Positions 6,754 through 14,735 of a stretch of DNA of 25,949 bases are shown piece after piece. The position numbers and the translations under genes are program-made. The DNA is taken from positions 1 to 25,949 of the IMG/VR virus record IMGVR_UViG_3300017722_000321; one strand, written 5' to 3'. Source of the stretch: a virus (lineage: Duplodnaviria; Caudoviricetes). Every line of letters starts with the position of its first letter. Position 1 is the stretch's first letter. The notes under the pieces are model-generated. The model was not told the DNA's origin and did no database searches. It worked only from the letters and a program-made list of their open reading frames with translations.

Positions 6754-7733
6754 ACTTTGTTAATACAACCCCGAAATTCAAATTCACCTTCTAATTCATC
6801 CGTAACCATAATCATTTCAGGCATTAACATTCTGCCTTGGTCAAACGAAAGCATTACAAAACCGCTGCGCCAGTCTTTAGGCCCATCTTCCGCATATTCG
6901 AAGCTAGGTGACATAGGATCAGCTAAGCAGCCTGTTTGTACGCCCCAATAAGTGCCTTGATAGTTTGTAATTGGTTGCAAAGCTAATACATGGGTATGCC
7001 CTGTAATGATATTGGTATTGCCAGCCGCCAGTAAGTTGGCATAACCAGCATTTCGACCACCACGATGGCGATGTTTAACTACAGTATCTTCACCAATCCA
7101 ATACGACCAACAGGTTTTCCATTCAGGAAAGTGGTATTTAAGGCTAAAGCCATCAACACCGCTATATTCAGGCACTTTATTTACTAACCAAGATTCATAA
7201 CGCATATCGTGATTACCAAGTGTCCAAATTAACTCACACCCTGCTGGGCGGTGTTTAGCAATTTCGTCTAAGTGATAGCGGCAAGCGTTCAATTCTTGCA
7301 AGACATTAGGCTTTTTATCGTAGTTAATGCTAGGAAAGCGGCTAAGTATCTGCCCGTCAAACGCATCACCATTACAGATAATGACCTGCGGCTTAAATTC
7401 TTTAATCATTACCAGCAACGCTTTAAACGCTGTCGTTGTTGTATCGGTAAAGTGGGCATCCGAAAACACAATAACCCGTTTTACTTTATCTACATCAATG
7501 CCCCTGCGAACATTGTGCGCTGCTAGTTCTCTTTTCTTTGGCTTTTCTTTTTTTGGATCACGCAACGAATTATGAGTTGGTAATTTAATGCCATATCTAA
7601 TTTCCAAGCTATTTCGCCTGTTTGATACGCTTCTTGGATTTGTGCGAGTTGCTTGTGCTACTAAAGTTGGACTTCCTAATTTATTCCAAAGTTCAATAAA
7701 TTCTTGATCTTTCTTTTTATTTGGATGACCCAT
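6750..7733 (-). CDS. Calcineurin-like metallophosphoesterase with N-terminal extension
   Basis: SDAH, NGDAFD, GNHD and GHTH motifs. AAAGGA RBS. Confidence 0.85.
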   Translation of the reverse strand: MGHPNKKKDQEFIELWNKLGSPTLVAQATRTNPRSVSNRRNSLEIRYGIKLPTHNSLRDPKKEKPKKRELAAHNVRRGIDVDKVKRVIVFSDAHFTDTTTTAFKALLVMIKEFKPQVIICNGDAFDGQILSRFPSINYDKKPNVLQELNACRYHLDEIAKHRPAGCELIWTLGNHDMRYESWLVNKVPEYSGVDGFSLKYHFPEWKTCWSYWIGEDTVVKHRHRGGRNAGYANLLAAGNTNIITGHTHVLALQPITNYQGTYWGVQTGCLADPMSPSFEYAEDGPKDWRSGFVMLSFDQGRMLMPEMIMVTDELEGEFEFRGCINKV

Positions 7734-7788
7734 ATCAAATCCTTTATGATAAAGTTTCCCAATACTAACTTAATATCAAGAATAATCA

Positions 7789-8073
7789 ATGACATACGCA
7801 AGAGTAGACACAAATCATAAAGAAATTGTTGCTGCATTGCGACAAGCTGGTGCAACGGTAGTGTCTTTGGCTGCAATGAAACATGGATGCCCTGACCTTT
7901 TAGTAGGATTTGCAGGTGAAACCTTGCTTATGGAAATAAAAAAAGATGCTAAAGCCAAGTTCACGCCTGACCAACTTGAATTTATGAGTAAATGGAAAGG
8001 CGGTGCTGTAAGCCGTGTGGATAGTGTGGATGCCGCAATAAGAGCGTTAGGAATTATCCAAAAAGTGTTATAA
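7789..8073 (+). CDS. VRR-NUC / resolvase-like PD-(D/E)XK endonuclease
   Basis: RVD.N..EIV.ALR..G, GCPDLLVG, MEIK and TPDQ motifs. Confidence 0.8.
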   Translation: MTYARVDTNHKEIVAALRQAGATVVSLAAMKHGCPDLLVGFAGETLLMEIKKDAKAKFTPDQLEFMSKWKGGAVSRVDSVDAAIRALGIIQKVL

Positions 8074-8096
8074 AATAAAGTAAAAGGAGCTTTTTT

Positions 8097-8453
8097 ATGG
8101 AAAACTGTGCATTATTTGTAGCTACATTACTACATTCTGCGACCAATACGCATTTCTTTCATTGGTCAACTGACAGCTTTTCTAAGCACAGCGCACTTGC
8201 CGAATACTATGACAACATCGTAGATTTGACCGATACTTTTGCCGAATCCTATATGGGCAAATACGGTAAGTTCACTGCCTTCCCAAGCGTGTACCACCAG
8301 CCTAAAGACCCAGTACGCTACATGGAATCCTTGCAAAAGTTCGTGGCAGAAGCCCGTCAAGACTTGCCGCAAGACAGCGAATTACAAAACATCATTGATG
8401 AGATCGCAGACCTTATCAACACTACTGCTTATAAACTTAAGTTCTTGAAATAA
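8097..8453 (+). CDS. Ferritin/Dps-like four-helix protein (DUF5856-like)
   Basis: HFFHW, H.AL.EYYD, D.FAE and terminal YKLKFLK. AAGGAG RBS. Confidence 0.75.
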   Translation: MENCALFVATLLHSATNTHFFHWSTDSFSKHSALAEYYDNIVDLTDTFAESYMGKYGKFTAFPSVYHQPKDPVRYMESLQKFVAEARQDLPQDSELQNIIDEIADLINTTAYKLKFLK

Positions 8454-8463
8454 AAGGATATTT

Positions 8464-8649
8464 ATGCCACTTATCAAATCAGGTAGCGCAGAAGCAGTCG
8501 GCAAGAACATCAAGACTGAGATGAAAGCTGGCAAGCCTAAAAAACAAGCCGTAGCCATTGCACTTAGCGTTGAGCGTGAAAACGCCAAAGGTGATCGCAA
8601 AGCCAAGCTAGAAGATGCCTACGCTAAATACATTGAAGAAAAAGCATGA
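8464..8649 (+). CDS. Small basic phage protein
   Basis: MPL.KS.S..AV.KNI..E...GKP.KQAVAIALS, AAGGA RBS. Confidence 0.8.
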   Translation: MPLIKSGSAEAVGKNIKTEMKAGKPKKQAVAIALSVERENAKGDRKAKLEDAYAKYIEEKA

Positions 8650-8912
8650 GTAGAAGGGATGACATTCGTGCCGCAGTAGAAAAGCACGATAAGCCTATTG
8701 CCAAGACAACTAAAGGCAAAGGGCGTCATTACCAGTCAGTAGAAGAAGGCGCAGGTATGACCGCAGCAGGGCGCAAAGCATACAACGCCAAGAACAACGC
8801 AAATTTACAAGCACCTCAGTCTAGTGGGCCAAGGCACGATAGTTTCTGTGCTAGGTCAGCAGGATGGACAGGGGAACGGGGAAAAGCAGCAAGAGCAAGG
8901 TGGAAATGCTAA
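8646..8912 (+). CDS. Small basic phage protein (DUF6321-like)
   Basis: GAGMT.AGR.AYN, SFCAR and terminal RWKC. Confidence 0.75.
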   Translation: MSRRDDIRAAVEKHDKPIAKTTKGKGRHYQSVEEGAGMTAAGRKAYNAKNNANLQAPQSSGPRHDSFCARSAGWTGERGKAARARWKC

Positions 8913-9094
8913 TGAAACAAGGACTATACGCAAATATTCACGCCAAACGGGAACGCATCAAAGCGGGATCAGGCGAAAAGATGGCTACAAAGGTTTCTGA
9001 AGGCAGACCCAGCGCACAAGACTTTAAAGATGCTGCTAAGACTGCCAAGCCTACCCGCAGGGAAATGATTGCTTCTAAGATGAAGGATATGTAA
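8912..9094 (+). CDS. Small basic phage protein
   Basis: MKQGLYANIHAKRERIKAGSGEKM, TAATG coupling. Start moved to 8912. Confidence 0.8.
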   Translation: MKQGLYANIHAKRERIKAGSGEKMATKVSEGRPSAQDFKDAAKTAKPTRREMIASKMKDM

Positions 9095-9252
9095 TGACAC
9101 CAATTACCCCTATGAGCCGCAAGTATAAAAAAGAGGATGCCATGCTTAGACCTGAGCATCAATCTACATTAGAGAAGAATCAGGCTGACCGCATTGCTCG
9201 TAGGAAGCTGATTGCTAACAAACTTAAAGACTTGGATAAAGAGGTCAAATAG
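9094..9252 (+). CDS. 52-aa basic protein (not in ORF track)
   Basis: MTPITPMSRKYKKEDAML...ARRKLIANKLKDLDKEVK, TAATG coupling. Confidence 0.7.
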   Translation: MTPITPMSRKYKKEDAMLRPEHQSTLEKNQADRIARRKLIANKLKDLDKEVK

Positions 9253-9292
9253 TAGTAGAATTAAGCATCATTAACTAACTACTTGGTTAAAT

Positions 9293-10480
9293 ATGCAAAT
9301 AAATGAAGTCGCTGTTGATAAACTAATCCCTTACGCAAAAAACAGCAGAACCCACAGCCCTGAACAAGTAGGGCAAATTGCGGCCAGCATTAAAGAATTT
9401 GGCTTTAGAAACCCTATATTGGTAGACGGGGTAGGCATTATCGCTGGGCATGGCAGACTAATGGCCGCTCAAAAGCTAGGGTTAGATAAAGTACCTACAA
9501 TTGATTGCTCAGATATGACTGAAAGCCAAAAGAAGGCTTACATCATTGCTGACAATAAACTGGCTATGAATGCTGGTTGGGATAATGAATTCCTTACATT
9601 AGAGCTAAAAGACCTAGAAGACGAAGGCTTTGACCTAACACTTACAGGTTTTGACGATAAAGAGCTAGATGCCCTGCTAAATGTAATTGAAGGCACTGAC
9701 GGTTTAACAGATGAAAACGCTGTGCCTGATGTACCCGAAGAGCCTAAAACCAAGCTAGGCGATATATATATTCTTGGAAATCATAGACTTATGTGCGGTG
9801 ACAGCATAAGCATTGATTCGGTTGAAAAGCTAATGAATGGGCAACTAGCAGACCAGCTAGTAACCGACCCGCCATACAACATCGCTTACGAAGGCGGCAG
9901 CAAAAAGCGGGAACAAATCAAAAATGATGAAATGGCAGATGAGGAGTTCAGGCAATTTTTAAAAGATGTTTATATAGCTGCCAACGCTGTTATGAAGGCT
10001 GGGGCTGTATTTTACATATGGCACGCAGATACAGAAGGCTACAACTTTAGGGGCGCAGCTAGGGATATGGGCTGGAAAGTACGCCAAACACTTATATGGA
10101 ATAAAGACAACTCAGCGTTTGGTAGGTCTGATTACCACTGGAAGCACGAACCCTGCCTTTATGGTTGGAAAGAAGGTGCAGCACACCTATGGGCAGCAGA
10201 CCGAAAGCAAACGACCGTCATTGAGTGCAAAAGACCATCAAAAAGCGATTTGCACCCTACTATGAAGCCAGTAGAACTAATGGAATACCAAATATTAAAC
10301 AACACCAAAGGCTCGGACATTGTGTTGGACTTGTTTGGTGGTAGCGGTTCAACTATGATAGCTGCTGAAAAAATAGGCAGAAAGTCATGTTTAATGGAAT
10401 TAGACCCTAAATACTGCGATGTAATCGTTAAGCGTTGGGAAGACTTTACTGGCAAAAAAGCTGTGCTTTCGGAGTTATAA
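9293..10480 (+). CDS. ParB-N domain fused to an N6A/N4C DNA methyltransferase (beta class)
   Basis: PYAKNSRTH, IIAGHGRL and IADNKL, then DPPY, HPTMKP and DLFGGSGS. Confidence 0.93.
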   Translation: MQINEVAVDKLIPYAKNSRTHSPEQVGQIAASIKEFGFRNPILVDGVGIIAGHGRLMAAQKLGLDKVPTIDCSDMTESQKKAYIIADNKLAMNAGWDNEFLTLELKDLEDEGFDLTLTGFDDKELDALLNVIEGTDGLTDENAVPDVPEEPKTKLGDIYILGNHRLMCGDSISIDSVEKLMNGQLADQLVTDPPYNIAYEGGSKKREQIKNDEMADEEFRQFLKDVYIAANAVMKAGAVFYIWHADTEGYNFRGAARDMGWKVRQTLIWNKDNSAFGRSDYHWKHEPCLYGWKEGAAHLWAADRKQTTVIECKRPSKSDLHPTMKPVELMEYQILNNTKGSDIVLDLFGGSGSTMIAAEKIGRKSCLMELDPKYCDVIVKRWEDFTGKKAVLSEL

Positions 10481-10481
10481 A

Positions 10482-10811
10482 ATGGCACAAGGAAAACAAC
10501 ATATACCGACAGAAGCTACGCAAGAACAGGTTAAACGCCTTTCTGCGCTAGGTTGCCCACATGAGGACATAGCCACAAGGCTAAAGATTAGTGCCGACAC
10601 GCTGGTTAAGTATTACAAGGATGAGTTAGATGAAGGGCGTATAGATGCCAATGCCGCCATTGCTGGGACACTGTTTAGCCAAGCCAAGAAAGGTAATACG
10701 GCTGCCGCTATATTTTGGCTAAAGACACGGGCAAGGTGGAAAGAAACGCAAGTAAACGAGGTAACTGGGGCTAATGGCACAGACCTAAGAATATCTTGGG
10801 CAGATGAGTAG
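10482..10811 (+). CDS. terS: Terminase small subunit
   Basis: HTH followed by GNTAAAIFWLKTRARWKE, immediately upstream of TerL. Confidence 0.8.
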   Translation: MAQGKQHIPTEATQEQVKRLSALGCPHEDIATRLKISADTLVKYYKDELDEGRIDANAAIAGTLFSQAKKGNTAAAIFWLKTRARWKETQVNEVTGANGTDLRISWADE

Positions 10812-12144
10812 GGATATAAAGCTCAAATACCGCCCTAGAAGCGTTTTTGAGGACTTCCACAGCCGTAAGGAACGCTGGGCAGTAATCGTGGCTCACAGGC
10901 GTTGTGGCAAGACCGTAGCCTGTATTAACGACCTAATCGTCAAAGCCCTTCTAGAAAACAAGCCCCACGCCCAGTACGCTTACATAGCCCCTTTTTACAG
11001 TCAGGCTAAATCAGTGGCTTGGCGGTATTTGGAACGCTTTTCCGAGCCAGTTATGACTAAGGCTAATCAGTCTGAACTATGGGTGGAATTGGTCAATGGC
11101 GCACGGATTAGACTATTTGGGGCTGATAACCCTGATGCACTCCGAGGCAACTTCCTAGATGGCGTAGTGATGGACGAAATGGCTGATATGAAGCCTAGCG
11201 TTTGGGGTGAGATTATTCGTCCCTTATTAGCAGACCGCCGCGGCTGGGCCACTTTTATTGGTACGCCAAAGGGCCACAACGCCTTTTACGATATATACAA
11301 CGAAGCCACTAAAAAGCCAAATTGGTATGTAAAAGTGCTACGGGCAGACCAAACCAACCTGCTGGCGCAGTCAGAACTAGACGATGCCAAGGCAACAATG
11401 TCTGATAACCAATATGAGCAAGAGTTTCTATGTAGCTTTGAAGCTGCCATACTAGGTGCGTATTACGGGCAGGAGATGCGTAGAATCACCGATCTTGAGC
11501 GTATCACTACCATAGACTATGACCCCATGTTCCCCTGCAACACGGTATGGGATTTGGGGTATAACGATTCAACGGCAATTATTTGGTTTCAGGTGGTATA
11601 CGGTGAAATACGGGTGCTGGATCACCACTCAAGCAATGGTCAGCCAATATCCTATTACACAGGTTTACTGGCTCAAAAGGAAGATGAGTTTGGGTACAAA
11701 TATGGCACTCATTGGCTACCTCATGACGCTAGAGCAAAAACACTAGCAAGCGGTGGCAAGAGCATAATTGAGCAAATATCTGCAAAAATTGACATAAAAT
11801 ATCTAAAAATCGTACCAAATCTGTCAATTCAAGACGGAATACAAGCATCACGACTTGCATTAACTCGCACTTGGTTTGATAATAGATGTGAAGAATTAAT
11901 CGAATGTTTGCGTCAATATCAACGAGAGTGGGATGATGATAAAAAAGTATTTAGAGATCGCCCGAAGCACGATTGGACAAGCCACTCAGCGGATGCGTTC
12001 CGCTATCTCAGCATTGTATGGAAAGACGAAGAAAGCCCTATCCTCAAAGATGACCGCATTAAAGGACTACATATTGGGCAAACGGATGTAACTTTGAACG
12101 AAATGTGGAAAGAAACCCCCAAAGTAATTAACAGGAGAATTTAA
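10804..12144 (+). CDS. terL: Terminase large subunit
   Basis: Walker A HRRCGKT, Walker B VVMDE, GTPKG, WDLG and SHSADAFRY. Confidence 0.95.
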   Translation: MSRDIKLKYRPRSVFEDFHSRKERWAVIVAHRRCGKTVACINDLIVKALLENKPHAQYAYIAPFYSQAKSVAWRYLERFSEPVMTKANQSELWVELVNGARIRLFGADNPDALRGNFLDGVVMDEMADMKPSVWGEIIRPLLADRRGWATFIGTPKGHNAFYDIYNEATKKPNWYVKVLRADQTNLLAQSELDDAKATMSDNQYEQEFLCSFEAAILGAYYGQEMRRITDLERITTIDYDPMFPCNTVWDLGYNDSTAIIWFQVVYGEIRVLDHHSSNGQPISYYTGLLAQKEDEFGYKYGTHWLPHDARAKTLASGGKSIIEQISAKIDIKYLKIVPNLSIQDGIQASRLALTRTWFDNRCEELIECLRQYQREWDDDKKVFRDRPKHDWTSHSADAFRYLSIVWKDEESPILKDDRIKGLHIGQTDVTLNEMWKETPKVINRRI

Positions 12145-12447
12145 ATGACAACAGCAGCCGCAACCTTTGCACTACCCTATGAGCATGTAGCAGCTTCACA
12201 AACAGCCCAAGTATTAGGCACAACTGGTGCTACAGGTGATTATTTACACCGTTTAGTCATTACTGTATCCGCTACAGCTACTTCTACTGTAAGCCTGTTA
12301 GACAATAATACATCTCATGTATTGGTAGCCGCTAATACTGCAATCGGTGTTTATTCCATTGAAATGAATACTTTTTCTAAACTTGGTGCTTGGAAAGTAA
12401 CTACTGGCGCAGGTGCAGAAGTTATAGCAGTAGGTAACTTTACCTAA
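12145..12447 (+). CDS. Hypothetical beta-rich (probable virion) protein
   Basis: 100 aa, Thr/Ala-rich, AGGAG RBS, located between terL and portal. Confidence 0.7.
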   Translation: MTTAAATFALPYEHVAASQTAQVLGTTGATGDYLHRLVITVSATATSTVSLLDNNTSHVLVAANTAIGVYSIEMNTFSKLGAWKVTTGAGAEVIAVGNFT

Positions 12448-12455
12448 GGATTAAC

Positions 12456-14735
12456 ATGGATCATACATACGAAGATTGGTATAACTGCATAGCGCAGTAC
12501 GAGCGTACATTCAAAGAATGGGAAGGCAGAGCCGATAAGATCGTCAAGCGTTACCGTGACGAATCACGCAGCCGCAACAATCCAACCGCTAAGTTTAATA
12601 TTCTGTGGAGCAATGTTCAAACCATTACCCCCGCGGTATTTGCTCGATTACCAAGACCCGATGTAAGCCGTAGATTCCGTGATAACGACCCTATTGGTCG
12701 TGTAGCATCAATGATGCTAGAACGGGCATTAGAGTACGAAATTGAGCATTATGGTGACTATGCCAGCGCAATGAAGCAAGCAGTACAAGACCGTTTACTT
12801 GGTGGTCGTGGTACAGCATGGGTTCGTTACGAGCCACATATTACTGGTGAAGCTGGTGGAATGGGTGAAGGTGCGCCCGAAGATGGCTTTCAAGTAACCG
12901 AAGATACAGACGAAGCTGAAACCGAAGGCGGCATTTACCGTGAAGATCAAGAGCGTATTGAGTATGAGTGCGCTCCAGTCGACTATGTTTACTGGCGTGA
13001 CTTTGGATTGACTGTTGCCCGTACATGGGAAGAAGTAACCGCAGTATGGCGCAAAGTCTATATGGAACGCCCTGCCCTTGTTGAACGCTTTGGCGAAGAA
13101 CTAGGCGGTAAGATTCCGCTAGATACCAAGCCTGAAACATCCAAAGCATTTAACGAAAAGATGGGTGAAATGGCACGGGAAGCCCTGATTTATGAAATTT
13201 GGGATAAAGCGACTGGTCAAGTGATTTGGTTATCCAAGTCAATGGGTAAGATTCTTGATACCCGTGACGATCCCCTTCAACTTGAGAACTTTTGGCCTTG
13301 CCCAAAACCCATGTTCTCTACCCTGACAACAGACAGCCTAATCCCTGTACCTGACTTTGTACTGTACCAAGATCAAGCAAGACAGCTAGACACGCTGGCA
13401 GATCGCATTGATGGCTTTATTCAAGCCCTTAAAGTACGAGGTGTTTACGATGCGGCAGAGCCAAGTCTTGCCCGTTTGTTTACTGAAGGCGAGAACAACG
13501 CTTTGCTACCAGTTAAGAATTACGGTGCATTTAGCGAAAAAGGTGGACTTGCAGGGGCTATTAACCTTGTAGACATTAAACCGATTGCTGAAGGCTTAAA
13601 CATGGCTTATCAGGCTATGGAGCAAGTTAAGGGTCAAATCTACGAGATCATGGGCATTGCTGATATTCAGCGTGGTCAGACCGATCCGAATGAAACCCTT
13701 GGCGCACAGATTATTAAGTCGAACAACGCTTCAGGGCGTTTAAAGACAATGCAGCATGAAGTAGTGAACTTTGCTACTACCTTGCTACAGATCAAAGCAC
13801 AGATTATTTGCCAGCATTTTACCGATGACACCATTATCAAGATTAGTGGTGCAATGCAACTAAGCCCACAAGATCAGCAATTGATCCCCCAAGCCTTGAT
13901 GCTTTTGAAAGATGAACCTGCTAAGAACTTCCGTATCGAAGTGACTACAGATTCCATGATTTATCAGGATGAGCAGCAAGAAAAGCAAGACCGCATGGAG
14001 TTCTTGAGCGCAGTTAGCGGATTCCTAAGTCAAGCCGTACCAGCCGCACAAGCTACACCTGAACTTACCCCAATGCTAGTTGAGATGCTCAAGTTTGGCG
14101 TAACCGCATTTAAAGCTGGTAAAGGCTTAGAAGGATTGATTGACGAAACCGCAGATAAGTTCCGTCAGCAAGCCAAAGCAGCAGAAGGCCAACCAAAGCC
14201 ACCATCACCTGAACAACAGAAGATGGAAATGCAAATGCAGATGGAACAAGCCAAGATGCAAGCCCAAGCACAAGCTAAACAGGCTGAAATGCAGATGGAA
14301 ATGCAAATGGAGCAACAAAAGATGCAGATGCAGATGGAACTGGAGAAGGCTAAACAAGAGTACCAAGCCCAAGAGAACCAGCTTAAATTCCAATTAGAAG
14401 AACAGCGCAATATGATGGATCGTGAGATGGAAGTTAAAGTCGCACAGATGAAAATGATGACTGAGCGCAATACTCAAGTCTTATTGGCGCACATCAATAA
14501 CGGGGCTAAGATTGAGGTTGCTCGAATTGGTTCAGACGATTCTGATGGCGCAATGGCTTATGCTAACGAGCAAGATATGGCACAAGCTATGCAGAATCCT
14601 ATGGAAACCGTTGCCAATGCAATTAACAACAATAGCAACCAAATGGCTATGATGCTAGGCGAAATGATGAATAAGTTAAGCCAGCCCAAGACTGTAATTC
14701 GTGGCCCTGACGGTAAAATCCAAGGCGTTCAATAA
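12456..14735 (+). CDS. Portal protein with long Q/M/E-rich C-terminal coil
   Basis: 759 aa, position after TerL, helical C-terminal barrel reminiscent of P22 portal. Confidence 0.85.
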   Translation: MDHTYEDWYNCIAQYERTFKEWEGRADKIVKRYRDESRSRNNPTAKFNILWSNVQTITPAVFARLPRPDVSRRFRDNDPIGRVASMMLERALEYEIEHYGDYASAMKQAVQDRLLGGRGTAWVRYEPHITGEAGGMGEGAPEDGFQVTEDTDEAETEGGIYREDQERIEYECAPVDYVYWRDFGLTVARTWEEVTAVWRKVYMERPALVERFGEELGGKIPLDTKPETSKAFNEKMGEMAREALIYEIWDKATGQVIWLSKSMGKILDTRDDPLQLENFWPCPKPMFSTLTTDSLIPVPDFVLYQDQARQLDTLADRIDGFIQALKVRGVYDAAEPSLARLFTEGENNALLPVKNYGAFSEKGGLAGAINLVDIKPIAEGLNMAYQAMEQVKGQIYEIMGIADIQRGQTDPNETLGAQIIKSNNASGRLKTMQHEVVNFATTLLQIKAQIICQHFTDDTIIKISGAMQLSPQDQQLIPQALMLLKDEPAKNFRIEVTTDSMIYQDEQQEKQDRMEFLSAVSGFLSQAVPAAQATPELTPMLVEMLKFGVTAFKAGKGLEGLIDETADKFRQQAKAAEGQPKPPSPEQQKMEMQMQMEQAKMQAQAQAKQAEMQMEMQMEQQKMQMQMELEKAKQEYQAQENQLKFQLEEQRNMMDREMEVKVAQMKMMTERNTQVLLAHINNGAKIEVARIGSDDSDGAMAYANEQDMAQAMQNPMETVANAINNNSNQMAMMLGEMMNKLSQPKTVIRGPDGKIQGVQ
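14212..14460 (+). repeat. Low-complexity Q/M/E coding repeat
   Basis: Repeated ATGCAGATGGAA-type units encoding QMQME. Confidence 0.7.

Noticed and set aside
14140-14470. Alternative-frame ORFs with HL, CI or KCRW repeats
   Set aside because: Shadows of the portal's Q/M/E repeat.
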